Below, piece by piece: positions 49,254 to 59,800 of a stretch of 64,000 nt of DNA (positions are counted from its first letter, which is position 1; each line of letters begins with the position of its first letter). This stretch comes from Candidatus Multivoradales bacterium (lineage in GTDB: Bacteria > Acidobacteriota > Thermoanaerobaculia > Multivoradales > J023). The stretch covers positions 4,992,001-5,056,000 of the forward strand of contig CBDFLE010000006.1 in assembly GCA_965248925.1 (NCBI GenBank), read 5' to 3'. The notes under the pieces were generated by a model. The model was not told the DNA's origin. It did not search any database and saw nothing but the letters and a program-made list of their open reading frames with translations. A program made the position numbers and the translations under genes.

Positions 49254-52200
49254 TTAGTCTGGCGTTGGATCAGCGTCGCCCAAGGGGCGCCATTCGCCCT
49301 GGATAACCCAGGCGGCCCAGGCAAAGGGTGAGGAGTGCTGGCGGGTTCGTCGCAAGGCCAGCTGTGCCTGACGCAGGGCAGCGGCCGGGGACTGCTGGCC
49401 GCGCAAGAGTTCCTCGTAGAAGGTACTCATCAGCGCGCGGGTGCTGTCGTCCCCTATTTCCCACAAGCTGACCATCACCCGGCTGGCGCCGGCCGAGAAA
49501 AAGCCCTGGGTCAGGCCCACCAACCCCTCGCCCGCTACTTCTTGACCGAGAGCGGATTCGCAGGCCGAGAGGACGACCAGCTCGGCCGGAATGTCGAGGT
49601 CGTGAATCTCGTGCGCCCGGAGGTCGCCGTCGAGCGGCCTGTCTTGAGGGTCAAGACGCGATAGAGCGAGGTAGGAGAGTTCCGGGAAACGCTCGTTGAG
49701 CTTGCCGTGGGTGGCGAAGTGAACGATGCGAAAGTGCGCCAGATCGCCGCTGGTGGCGAGGTCCTTGGTCGCCTCGAAGCCCATCGCGCTGAAGCCGCTA
49801 CCGGGAGGTAGTAGGGCGAGGATCGCGTCGGCTTCGTGGCGAGTCTGCGGCAGCTGCGGTAGGGGCTGGGTGGGCAGGAGCGGGTCGTTGCGGTGGAAAA
49901 CCGGATCCGCTAGAACGGCCAGCATCCTCGGCGCGGGTCGGCGTTTGCGGCCGACCTTGCGCAATGCCGCCAAGGTCGATCCCGAGGGCAGGTAGCTCAC
50001 CAGGTGACCTTCGAGCAGCGGCGCTCGGGACGGGTCGGTCAGGCAATCACCCAGCATCGCCGGGTCAGGGAGGGCAGCGAAAGGGATGAGGCGCAGGGCT
50101 CCGTCCGGTGCGACCAGCAGGTGGCTGCCTGGGGACACCAACTCTGCGGCCGGTGCCAGAATCATTTGGCCGAGCTTGCACAGGGCGATCTCGGCGGCGG
50201 ACCTACGGCTGGCATTGAAGCTCTCGATCAGCGGCTCGTAGGCTTGAAAAACGGCCGTCTCGATCTGCTGCCGGTCAGCTAGCTCGAAGGATTCGAAGCG
50301 CTCCGGGGTTACCAACCAAAGATGGCTCCGGCGCTCGCCGAGGCGGTAGGCCAGCAGCACCGTGTGCGGGTCCAGCAGGTCCTGAACCGCGGCCAGGTCC
50401 AGAGTCTGGAGAGGCGCTGACTGCCGCTCCAAGATGTTGCTGCGGGTCTCATCGAGCTTGGCCAACTGGTCGAGCAAACGCGCTTCTACGGTGCTGACCA
50501 GGGGTGTTGGCTGCGACTCAGCGTCCAATCTACTCAGCTCGGCGACGGTGGCATTAATACTGCGGTTCAGCTCGCGCTGGCGCTTGGCAAGCTGCGGGTC
50601 CGCCGCTACATTGACGCGGTTCAAGAGATCGAGCAGCGACCGCGACCGCGACCGTTCGTTGAGTTCGAAGGCGCGCTGGTCGAGGCCGAGGTCAGTCAGA
50701 ACCTCGACGCCGAGGTCGAAGATCGGTTGGAAGGTGGCGAAATAGGCCATTCGCAGATCATTGCCGCGCGGTTGGCCGCGGACCTGCTCGGCGATCCGCA
50801 GTGCGTTCCCGACCGCTTGCCGGGCGCCTCGCAGGTCGCCCCACCCATACCGAGCGCCAGCGATCTCGCCCCAGATCTCTGCTTCGGCGAGCTGGTCGCC
50901 GACTTCGTGAACCAACTCCAGGGCGTGCTGCCGGGCGTCGATCGCCGCCTTTCGTTGACCGGGGTCGGCCTGGAGGAGGGAGGCCAGGCAAAGCAGCGAG
51001 CTGGCCTGGTTGCGCGACAGCTTCAGCTGATCGAGAATCTTCTCGGCCTCGCTGCAGCTGGCGAGCGCCTCTCGAGGGCGATCGAGGGCTTGCTCGATAC
51101 GGCCGATTCGCCACAGAGTCGAACCCTTGCCAGCTCGGTCTTCGATCTGCTGGCGCAGCTTCAGCGCGCGGTGGAAGAAGTCGAGCGCTGGCTCCAGTTC
51201 CCCTTTGTCCAAGTGCAGCTGTCCGAGTTGATTCAGCGTCGTCGCCAATGATCTCTGTGCATCAAGGTCTTTCCAGATGGCCATCGCCTTGTCGAAGGAG
51301 ACTTGCGCCAGGGGCCATTTGCCCAGGGCGCGGAACAGGGTGCCAAGATCGTGCTGGGCGGTGGCGACATTGACCCGCAGGCCGTGAGCATCGCTCTGAT
51401 CGCGGGCCCTTTCGTAGTGGTCTTGAGCTTCTCGTACGCGGCCTTGAATACGGTAGGCGGTGGCCAGATTGATCCTCAGGCTGGCTTCGCCCCAAGTATC
51501 CGAACGCCGTTGCCAGATTCTCAAGGCGAGCTCGAAATAGCGGATCGCTAGCTCGGTATCGTTGGCGGTGAATTGCAGGAGCCCCAATTGGCCCAAGGCC
51601 TGGCCTTCGCGGAACTCGTCGCTGCGGTCATGAAACAGCTTGACCGCTGAGCGGAAAGCCTCGATCGCTGGACGGCGGTGTTCCGGGGAACGGTGAGCAA
51701 GCGCCTTGTAACACCAACCGATCCGGGCCTGGGTTTCGGCAATCCAAGCGCTGTCGCCGAGCAGCTGCCAGCGCTCGAGAGCGAGCGAGAACTGCTCCAG
51801 GGCTTCGCTGTTGTGCCGATCGCGGCGCAGCTGACTTGCTTGATAGAAGAGCTTTGCGGCCCTCGCTCTATCACGTTCCGTGGCGCTGGCGGGCCCGCTG
51901 CCGTGGACCTCGATGGCGTAGCTGCCGTCGCTGCTGGACTCGATTCGCAGATGGTGGACGCCGGTGGTCTCGGCCCGCAGCACGACCCGCTCAACACCCT
52001 GGTCGCGGGTCGGCCCGTCAACCTCGAACAGCGGCCCCTCCGGTCCGCTGACCGCGAGCACGACATCGACCCCCCGTTGGTGGACCGTCAGCCGCAGGTA
52101 CTGGCCGCTTTCGAGGCGAAAATCGAAGTCTTGAGCGTGGCTTTCGCCCAACTGCCGGTCGGCTCGCAGGCCGACGCCCAGGTCGAGAGTTTCGGCGTCT

Positions 52201-52301
52201 CTCGGCGGCGGTTGCGGAAGTCGGCAATGCGACAGCGCCAGACAGCCCAGGCCGGCGATCAAGAAAGCGCCGAGTGTGAGGCTCGTCCGGGCTTGATTCA
52301 T
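49254..52301 (-). CDS. TPR + CHAT (caspase HetF-associated) protease
   Basis: signal/lipoprotein-like N-terminus, PPC-like domain, TPR array, PDG.L..IPFAAL, HFATHG, LSACES, SLW. Confidence 0.92.
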   Translation of the reverse strand: MNQARTSLTLGAFLIAGLGCLALSHCRLPQPPPRDAETLDLGVGLRADRQLGESHAQDFDFRLESGQYLRLTVHQRGVDVVLAVSGPEGPLFEVDGPTRDQGVERVVLRAETTGVHHLRIESSSDGSYAIEVHGSGPASATERDRARAAKLFYQASQLRRDRHNSEALEQFSLALERWQLLGDSAWIAETQARIGWCYKALAHRSPEHRRPAIEAFRSAVKLFHDRSDEFREGQALGQLGLLQFTANDTELAIRYFELALRIWQRRSDTWGEASLRINLATAYRIQGRVREAQDHYERARDQSDAHGLRVNVATAQHDLGTLFRALGKWPLAQVSFDKAMAIWKDLDAQRSLATTLNQLGQLHLDKGELEPALDFFHRALKLRQQIEDRAGKGSTLWRIGRIEQALDRPREALASCSEAEKILDQLKLSRNQASSLLCLASLLQADPGQRKAAIDARQHALELVHEVGDQLAEAEIWGEIAGARYGWGDLRGARQAVGNALRIAEQVRGQPRGNDLRMAYFATFQPIFDLGVEVLTDLGLDQRAFELNERSRSRSLLDLLNRVNVAADPQLAKRQRELNRSINATVAELSRLDAESQPTPLVSTVEARLLDQLAKLDETRSNILERQSAPLQTLDLAAVQDLLDPHTVLLAYRLGERRSHLWLVTPERFESFELADRQQIETAVFQAYEPLIESFNASRRSAAEIALCKLGQMILAPAAELVSPGSHLLVAPDGALRLIPFAALPDPAMLGDCLTDPSRAPLLEGHLVSYLPSGSTLAALRKVGRKRRPAPRMLAVLADPVFHRNDPLLPTQPLPQLPQTRHEADAILALLPPGSGFSAMGFEATKDLATSGDLAHFRIVHFATHGKLNERFPELSYLALSRLDPQDRPLDGDLRAHEIHDLDIPAELVVLSACESALGQEVAGEGLVGLTQGFFSAGASRVMVSLWEIGDDSTRALMSTFYEELLRGQQSPAAALRQAQLALRRTRQHSSPFAWAAWVIQGEWRPLGDADPTPD

Positions 52302-53089
52302 CGATCTGGAGGATCCTCTGGTAAAAAATGCAAATGGACCTTTCGCACAAATTGGGGCTCGCCGTCCCCGAGGCCGTAAAGCTCAACCCATAGGCCGGTG
52401 GCTGGAAGAGCGTCGCGGTACAGCAATGCTCTGGCGCTCCCCTTGTCGTCGACGAAGAGATCGAGGCTGCCGAGAAGCTGGTCATCGAACGACACCAACC
52501 GCAGCTGGTATTCGCTGAATGGATGATCGCCCCGCGAGAAGTCGAGGATGAAGAAAGGGGCGCTGGACTTCAACTCGAGGGATTTCACATCGCTGCGCAT
52601 AGGCGGGCCGATTATGAACAAAGCGGGGTTGGCCCGCGGCCTCTGCAACTCGGCGAGACGTAGTGTCAAGTCGTCGACGCTACTACGCAGATGTAGGCCA
52701 TCGACCGCCAAACCGAGGGGGAGGATGACGAAGATCGCCGCCGCCGCTGCTCGCCATCGCCGCGAGGTTGGCAGACTTGGTCTTGCTGATTGCCCGCCGA
52801 TCCTGTTTTGCAGTTCCCTCCAAGAGGCCGCGAGCTCGAAATCCACCACCCCCTCCACCGACGGCTCTTCGGGCTCGGCCAGTGGCGCCATATCGAGTAG
52901 CCGAGCCGCGCACCGCGGGCAGCTCACCAGGTGGTCTCTAGTCTGCTCCTCGGTCTTTGGATCGAGGGCATCGGCGTAATAGTCGAGCAAGCGCTGATCA
53001 GCGGGATGCTCGAAGTCGGTTTCGGCTTGGGCCTGGCGTGCCAGCGTACTGACCAAGCCTGCGAAATCACTCACCTCTCGGTCCTTCAT
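52298..53089 (-). CDS. zinc-finger membrane anti-sigma factor
   Basis: DHLVSCPRC (HxxxCxxC), one TM helix; ATGA overlaps on both sides. Confidence 0.85.
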   Translation of the reverse strand: MKDREVSDFAGLVSTLARQAQAETDFEHPADQRLLDYYADALDPKTEEQTRDHLVSCPRCAARLLDMAPLAEPEEPSVEGVVDFELAASWRELQNRIGGQSARPSLPTSRRWRAAAAAIFVILPLGLAVDGLHLRSSVDDLTLRLAELQRPRANPALFIIGPPMRSDVKSLELKSSAPFFILDFSRGDHPFSEYQLRLVSFDDQLLGSLDLFVDDKGSARALLYRDALPATGLWVELYGLGDGEPQFVRKVHLHFLPEDPPDR

Positions 53090-53781
53090 TCCGTGACCTC
53101 GGATTTCAACTCGGTCAGCGCGAACTCGCTGAGATTCAACAGCAGCTTTTGCCGCCCCTGGAACATGTGCGCCTTGACGGTGTTGAGCTTGACTTTCATG
53201 ACGGTGGCGATCTCGGTATAGCTCAAACCCTGGTAGAGGTGCAGGGTCATGCACTGCCGCATCTGCTTGGGCAACTCGCCGACGGCATCGCGCATGATCT
53301 GGCGGCGCTCGCCGTCGAGGACAGTATCAAGCTGTTCGGCGGGCATTGCCATGGCCGCTGCTAGTGCTTCCTGGTCGTCGTCATGTGAGATCTCGTAGGC
53401 TGATCGTTTTGCCGTCGCCGCCGCTCGCCGTCGTTTCAAGTAGGTGGTTTTGGCCAGCTGGTAGAGCCAGCCTTGAAACCGATCCTGGTGGCGGTAGGCC
53501 TTCAATCCTCTAAGAATGCCAACGAAGGTCTCCTGGGTTAGATCGAAGCACTCTTCGGCGGCAAAGCCCTGCCGCGAGAAGAAGCGCTGCAGCGGTCGGT
53601 AGAAGCTCTGATAGAGAAAACGGAAGTTGGCCTCGTGGTCGACGCCCGCGGCCAGGGCCGCCGCCGCCCGATTAACCTGCTCATATTTGTCCGCGGCAGG
53701 CTTGGCGGAGCGGGCGAGGTCATCAGCAGGCGTCGAATCGCCGCGCCGACGGTCGGCGGCGGCATCTTGGGAAGCGTCCAT
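53086..53781 (-). CDS. ECF sigma-70 factor
   Basis: DLTQETF, F.GWLY.LA, LP...RQC..L....GLSY.EIA..M....NTVKAH. Confidence 0.93.
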   Translation of the reverse strand: MDASQDAAADRRRGDSTPADDLARSAKPAADKYEQVNRAAAALAAGVDHEANFRFLYQSFYRPLQRFFSRQGFAAEECFDLTQETFVGILRGLKAYRHQDRFQGWLYQLAKTTYLKRRRAAATAKRSAYEISHDDDQEALAAAMAMPAEQLDTVLDGERRQIMRDAVGELPKQMRQCMTLHLYQGLSYTEIATVMKVKLNTVKAHMFQGRQKLLLNLSEFALTELKSEVTE

Positions 53782-53954
53782 CGGTCGTTACTCTTTCCTG
53801 GAAACCTAAATTTTGAGTCCAGGATACACGGATCGCTGGCACTTGGGTCAAGTCTGATTCACTCCCCGCCGTCGCTGAGCGGTGCTATCATTCACCAAGA
53901 GATTCAGTTTACCAGGGGCTCGCGCAGCCCGAGCCTGGACGAAAGGACGATCCA

Positions 53955-55607
53955 ATGTCTGCGAGCATTTGCAACGGAAGGTCGGTGGCGCGCCCGCGCC
54001 GCGGCGCGGGCTGGCTTGGTGGCTTGGCCCTCGCCCTAACCCTCTTCATGCCGACTTCGGCCGTCGCCAAACGCGGTTCCGCCGATTCGCCCAAAAAAAC
54101 CGCGACCGCGGACGATCTACTGATCGTTGATTGCTTGCTACCGGCGCGAGTGCGGCGGCTGGGTGGGCGAACCACCTTCCTGGCGCCACGCCGGCCGCTA
54201 AAAACCACGGCGGTGGATTGCCGTATTCGCGGCGGCGAGTACACCGAGCCGGGCCAGGCCGATTACCGCACCGCCTTGCAAGTTTGGCTACCGCAAGCCA
54301 AGGCCGGCGACGCCGAAGCACAATTCTATGCTGGGCAGATATTCGAGCGGGGCCTCGGCACGGCACCGGACTTCGCCAGCGCGGTGCTCTGGTATCGCCA
54401 AGCCGCGGAGCAGGACTACGCCCCGGCGCAAGTGAATCTTGGCTTCATGTACGAGCAGGGCCTGGGGGTCGACAAAGACGAAGTCCAGGCCCTGACCTGG
54501 TACCGGCGGGCGGCCGGTGCGGCCGAAGACCTGGTAGTGCTCGAACAAGCGGACTATGCCGAACTGGTGGCGGCGCGGGAGGAGTTGGCCAGCAAGAGCG
54601 CCGAGGTCGAGCAGCTGGAGACTCAGGTCGAGGCACTGCGCCAGCAGCTCAAAGCGTCGGCCAGCGAGTCGGTGGAGAACCGCCAGCAGCAAACGACTCT
54701 GCGGTCGTTGCTCGACAATCTGGAGCGAGAGCTGGGCCAGCGCAACCGGGCGCTCAGCGAGCGCGGCCAGCGCCTGCTGAGCCTGGAACAAGCTTTGGCC
54801 CAGCAGACCACTGCCGGGCAACAGCCTGAGGCCGCGAGTTCGCTGGCGGCGGTGCGCCAGGAAATAGACTTTGGTGGCTACCACGCCCTGGTGATCGGCA
54901 ATAGCAATTACCAGCAGCTGCCAGCGCTGGAGACGGCAGTCAACGATGCCCGCGAGGTGGCCGACCTGCTGCGCGAGAAATACGGTTTCGAGGTCCGCCT
55001 GCTGCTTGACGCCACCCGCTACCAGTTGATGACCGCTCTCAATGAGCTGCGAGAAGATCTCACCAGCGAGGACAATTTGTTGGTTTACTACGCCGGCCAC
55101 GGCAGCCGCGACCTGACTGCAGATAGCGGCTACTGGCAGCCGGTCGATGCCGCTGCTGACAATCGCGTCGATTGGATACCCAACGCGATGATTGCCGAGC
55201 ACCTCGATCTGGTGCCGGCGCGCCATGTGTTGGTGGTCGCCGACGGCCACTTCTCGGGACTGAGAACGCGCTCGGCAGTGGCTCAACTACCTACCGGTAT
55301 GACTGGCGAGGAACGTTTTCATCACCTGCGGCTGATGACCGAGCGGCGCTCGCGCTTGGTGCTGACCTCGGGCGGCTTGCGGCCTCGGGTGGAGCGCGCG
55401 GGGGCCAAGAGTTCGCGCTTCTCCTCCGCCTTTGTCGAGGCGTTGCGGGAGAACGACGGGGTGCTCGAAGCTTCGCGAGTCTACCGCCAGGTGCAAAGCA
55501 AGGTCGGCACTGCCGCCGCGGATGTCGAGGTGCCCGCCTTCGCCGCCATGCGCTGGGCGCGCAACAACGTCGCAGACTTTTTCTTTGTGCCCCGCTCCGG
55601 GAGCTGA
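53955..55607 (+). CDS. exported Sel1-repeat / coiled-coil / caspase-like protein lacking the catalytic Cys
   Basis: signal peptide; Sel1 repeats (AQFYAG.IFERGLG, AQVNLG.MYEQGLG); YYAGHG present but ADGHFSG in place of ADSCxxG. Confidence 0.88.
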   Translation: MSASICNGRSVARPRRGAGWLGGLALALTLFMPTSAVAKRGSADSPKKTATADDLLIVDCLLPARVRRLGGRTTFLAPRRPLKTTAVDCRIRGGEYTEPGQADYRTALQVWLPQAKAGDAEAQFYAGQIFERGLGTAPDFASAVLWYRQAAEQDYAPAQVNLGFMYEQGLGVDKDEVQALTWYRRAAGAAEDLVVLEQADYAELVAAREELASKSAEVEQLETQVEALRQQLKASASESVENRQQQTTLRSLLDNLERELGQRNRALSERGQRLLSLEQALAQQTTAGQQPEAASSLAAVRQEIDFGGYHALVIGNSNYQQLPALETAVNDAREVADLLREKYGFEVRLLLDATRYQLMTALNELREDLTSEDNLLVYYAGHGSRDLTADSGYWQPVDAAADNRVDWIPNAMIAEHLDLVPARHVLVVADGHFSGLRTRSAVAQLPTGMTGEERFHHLRLMTERRSRLVLTSGGLRPRVERAGAKSSRFSSAFVEALRENDGVLEASRVYRQVQSKVGTAAADVEVPAFAAMRWARNNVADFFFVPRSGS

Positions 55608-55610
55608 TCG

Positions 55611-56834
55611 ATGACCGTTTGTACTAAGTGGGTGGCACTTCTAAGTGGAGTTTGCGGGTGGCTGCTCGGCGCCACCGGTGGCGCCGCCCAGCTACCACCA
55701 GCGGCGCAATTGGTGCTGGTGCCGGCGGCCTCGCCGATGGGCTATGTTCCGTTGGCCAATTTCGGCATCCAACCGCTGCCGTGCCTGGTCGATCCTGACT
55801 GCAACGAGCAGATGGAGGTGATCACTGGCCTGGACTTCTTCTATCTCGGGCGCCGCTACGACCGGGTGGAGATGTCAACCAATGGCTTTCTGGTGATCGA
55901 CGGCAACGGCGCCGACCCGGCACCGATCAATCAGGCGCTGCCCGATCCGGCACCGCCAAACAATGTGCTGGCGCCCTTCTGGACCGACCTTGACCTGCTC
56001 GACTCTGGCATGAGGGGCATCGGTGGCGGCTTATTTTTCTATGGCGACGTAACCTCTGGCCAGCAAGTTTATCATGTTTTCGAGTGGCAGCTGGCGCAGC
56101 TCTTCGGTGGCACGGGTGAAGAGTTCACCTTCCAGGTCTGGATCGAGCGTGGCAGCTCGAACATCTGGTTCGTCTATCAGGATCTGCCGCTAATGCCGGC
56201 GAATCTGACGGTGGGGGCCGAGGACACAACCGCCGGGTTCGGGGTGACGCGCTACTTCGATGGCAATGGCATGCCGCCGTTGGTCGGCGAGGATCTCAAA
56301 CTCGAGGTGCGGCTGACCGTCGATTTCGATCAACTAGCGCCTGGCATTGTAGTGACCGATCAGCTGCCGCTGGTGAGTTTCGCCACCGATCCGGGTTTCG
56401 AAGTGCAGACCACCGCGGTCGATCTGGGTTCGTCGTTGCCGAATATCATTTGTACCGTGCCGCTAGGCGTGGGAGCCACTTGTGTCAACCGTCTGGTGGT
56501 CGATTTCTCACCACCGGTCAGTGGACTGAGCTTTACCGCCTTGGGGCTCAAGAACGTGATGGCCGCGGCACAGATCGATATCTTCGAGAATGGTGTCTTC
56601 AGTTTCACGGTCAGTATTCCGGGGCCAAGTCTTGCACCCGCAGTGCCACCGTTTACGGTCTTTCTGCCTTTCGTTAGCAACATCACCCGGATTGAGATCT
56701 ACAACATTGACGACGCCGCCGGTATTGGCTGGGATGATTTCAGCTTTGTCTTTGAGCCGCAGCGACTTGGCGAACTCTTCGCTGATGGGTTCGAGAGCGG
56801 CGATACGGTGGCTTGGTCGGGGGTTCAGCCTTGA
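55611..56834 (+). CDS. secreted two-domain protein with FADGFESGD tail
   Basis: signal peptide; STNGFL and LAPFWTDLD (nidogen-like); C-terminal LFADGFESGDTVAWS. Confidence 0.75.
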   Translation: MTVCTKWVALLSGVCGWLLGATGGAAQLPPAAQLVLVPAASPMGYVPLANFGIQPLPCLVDPDCNEQMEVITGLDFFYLGRRYDRVEMSTNGFLVIDGNGADPAPINQALPDPAPPNNVLAPFWTDLDLLDSGMRGIGGGLFFYGDVTSGQQVYHVFEWQLAQLFGGTGEEFTFQVWIERGSSNIWFVYQDLPLMPANLTVGAEDTTAGFGVTRYFDGNGMPPLVGEDLKLEVRLTVDFDQLAPGIVVTDQLPLVSFATDPGFEVQTTAVDLGSSLPNIICTVPLGVGATCVNRLVVDFSPPVSGLSFTALGLKNVMAAAQIDIFENGVFSFTVSIPGPSLAPAVPPFTVFLPFVSNITRIEIYNIDDAAGIGWDDFSFVFEPQRLGELFADGFESGDTVAWSGVQP

Positions 56835-56845
56835 GCATCGAGAGC

Positions 56846-59800
56846 ATGTATCAGCTGCCGTCACCGTACCGTTTTCGCTTGGCCGGGTCGGCCGTGTTGC
56901 TGGTTTGTGCCTGGGCCTCGATAGCTGGCGCGCAGACCCTGTCGATCGACGACGTGGTGCTCATGGAAGGGAATGTCGGCATTGTCAGTGCGGTGTTCAC
57001 CGTGACTCTGAGTGACATCACTCCCTTGCAGGTTTCGGTGAATTACAACACCGTTGACGGTTCGGCAACGGTGAGTGGTGGAGATTACTTACCGGCAGCC
57101 GGCACTTTGCTGTTCACCGGCAACACTCCGCAGACCATCGTCGTAACCGTGCTGGGCGATGCGCTCGATGAATTCGACGAGATGTTCCAGGTGCAGCTCT
57201 CAAGTCCGCTCAACGCCACCCTGCTCGATGGCTCGGGAACGGCGACGATCATCGACGACGACCTGGCCGCCATGCCCACCCTGTCGATCAGCGATGCTGA
57301 GATTGTCGAAGGTGGCGCCGGCAATGTAGACGCGCTGTTCATCGTCAGACTGTCAGGGGTCAGCCCGACACCGGTGACCGTGAACTTCGCCACCACCGAT
57401 GGCTCGGCCACGGTCGCCGACGGCGATTATCTAGCGGCGGCCGGAATGGTGACCATCCCCGCCAACCAGATTGGCCAGAATATCCGAGTCTCGGTCGTCG
57501 GCGACACCCGAGTCGAGGCCGATGAGACTTTTGTCGTCACCCTATCCTCGCCAGACGGCGCCACCCTGGTCGACGCTCAGGGCTTCGGTCTGATCCGTGA
57601 CGATGACCAGCCCGCAGTCACCGCCGGCTTGTCGATCAATGATGTGGAGTTGTTCGAGGGTGATAGCGGCAATGTGGAAGCACGTTTCACTGTGTCATTG
57701 TCTGCGCCGACTCCGAATCAAGTGAGCTTCACCTTCGCCACCCGAGACGGTACCGCCAGTGCCGAGGCTGGTGACTACCAAGCCAGCGAAGGCCAGCTGG
57801 CGATCGCCGCTGGCGACTTGCAGCGCGCGGTGGTGATCCAAGTCGCGGGCGACACCGAGGTCGAGGCTGACGAGACTTTCTTTGTCGATCTCAGCGACCT
57901 GGTGGGCGCCGTGTGGGCCGATGGCGAGGGTCAAGCGACGATTCGCAACGACGATCAACCGACCCTATCGATCGGCGATGCGGCGGTGCTCGAAGGCGAT
58001 AGCGGTACGGTCGAGGCGCGGTTCACCGTCGAGTTGTCGAGCCCCCAGGCGATGGCGGTGCAGGTCGATTTCGCCACCCGCGACGGTAGCGCCTCGGCGG
58101 CGGCGGGGGATTACCAGGCGCGTAGCGGCCGGCTTGAGATTGCCGCCGGCCAAGTCCAGGCGCAACTAGTCGTGCCAGTGCGGGGCGACCTGCTGGTTGA
58201 AGGGGAGGAGGTCTTCTTTGTCGATCTCAGCGCGCCTGCCGGGGCTTCTCTGAGCGATGGCGAAGGGCGCGCAACGATCCAGGACGACGATTTGCCGGCG
58301 CTGTCGATCGACGACTTGCGCGTCGCCGAGGGCGATAGCGGCGGCACCACGGCTCGTTTCACGGTCAGCTTGTCGCAGGCCCCGGTGGCGCCGGTTGGGG
58401 TTGCCTTCGCCACTGTCGACGGCTCGGCGACGGTGGCTGATGGTGATTATCGGGCGCTTTCCGGCCAACTCGCCTTTGCCGCCGGCCAGCTCACCGCCGA
58501 AGTCGAGGTTACGGTGGTGGGCGACCTGCGGGACGAGGCCGATGAGTTCTTCTCAGTGGGGCTGGCGAACGCCACGGGCGCCACCCTGGCCGATGGCGAG
58601 GGGCAGGCGACGATCGTCGACGACGACTCCACGGCCCCGGCTCTAGCCAGTGTTTCCATTGCGGACACGGCGGTGGTCGAAGGCGATAGCGGGGTGGTCG
58701 AAGCGCGCGCCAGCGTCCGCTTGTCGCGCGCCGCCGCGACCAAGGTAGCGGTTGATTTCGCAACTCGTGACGGCGTTGACGAGAGCGCCGCCACGGTGGC
58801 TGACGGCGACTACCGGGCTGCCGGCGGTACCCTGACTTTCTTGCCGGGTGAGACCGAATTGCAGATCGTCGTGCAAGTGCTGGGCGATCTGCGGGTCGAA
58901 CTTGACGAGCGGTTTTCGGTTGAATTGACCGCTGCTCGCGGCGCCGTTTTGGGCACCAGTGAGGCGACGGTGACGGTGCGCAATGACGATGATCCGGCGG
59001 TGCTCGAAGCCGTGGGTGAAACCCGCTTGGGCACTCGGGTGAGCCAGGAGCTGACCCTGCAGACACGGGTTCACCGTACCGACGGCACGCTCCTCGCTGG
59101 GGTGGTGGTGCTTTGGCGCTTGGAGAGAGGCGAAGCGATCCTGCTGGGAGGCGAGGGCGCTGAAGCTTCTTCCATCAGCGGCGCTGACGGGGTTGCCGAG
59201 CTGCTGGTCCAAGTCGGTTCGATGGCAGGAGAGTTGTTCGTTTCGGCGCAGTTGCCGGACACGGACCAGCAAGTGGTTTTTGAGCTGACGGTGGCTGGTG
59301 ATCTGTCCGAGCTTGATGGCTTGCTGGAGGATTCCGGCGAGCGGGCGGTCGGCGAGGTTCTCGATCAAGCTTGTCCGGGAGCCAGCGGCGAGCTGGCCCA
59401 ACTCTGCGACTATGTCTTCGGTCTCGAACAGACCAGCGATCAGCTCGCCGTGCTCGGTGAACTCACCCCGCGGGAGGCCGCGGCGCAGATCGATGCCGCG
59501 ATGCGCTCGCCCGTGGCCCAACAGCGCCACATCCGCGTCCGCTTGGCCGAAGTGCGAAGTGGCCAGATCGCCGCCAATAGTGCGCGTCTGGCGCTCAACC
59601 TGCGAGGTCAGAATCTGCAGCTCAATTCACTGTTCGAGGAAGCCCAGCGCGACGACCTGCGACCGCGGTGGGCCAGAGGTTTCGGTGACACTGCCCAACT
59701 GGCTCGGCTGAGCAACGATGGGCCAGCGGTTGCTGCCCCGCCGAGCGCCGTCGCCCAGGCCGCCCAGCAGATTGACGAGCCGTCGCGCTTGGGGTTCTTC

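Noticed and set aside
49254-53781. Craspase (type III-E CRISPR) locus
   Set aside because: No Cas7-11, Csx30/31 or array; the CHAT protein has an export signal
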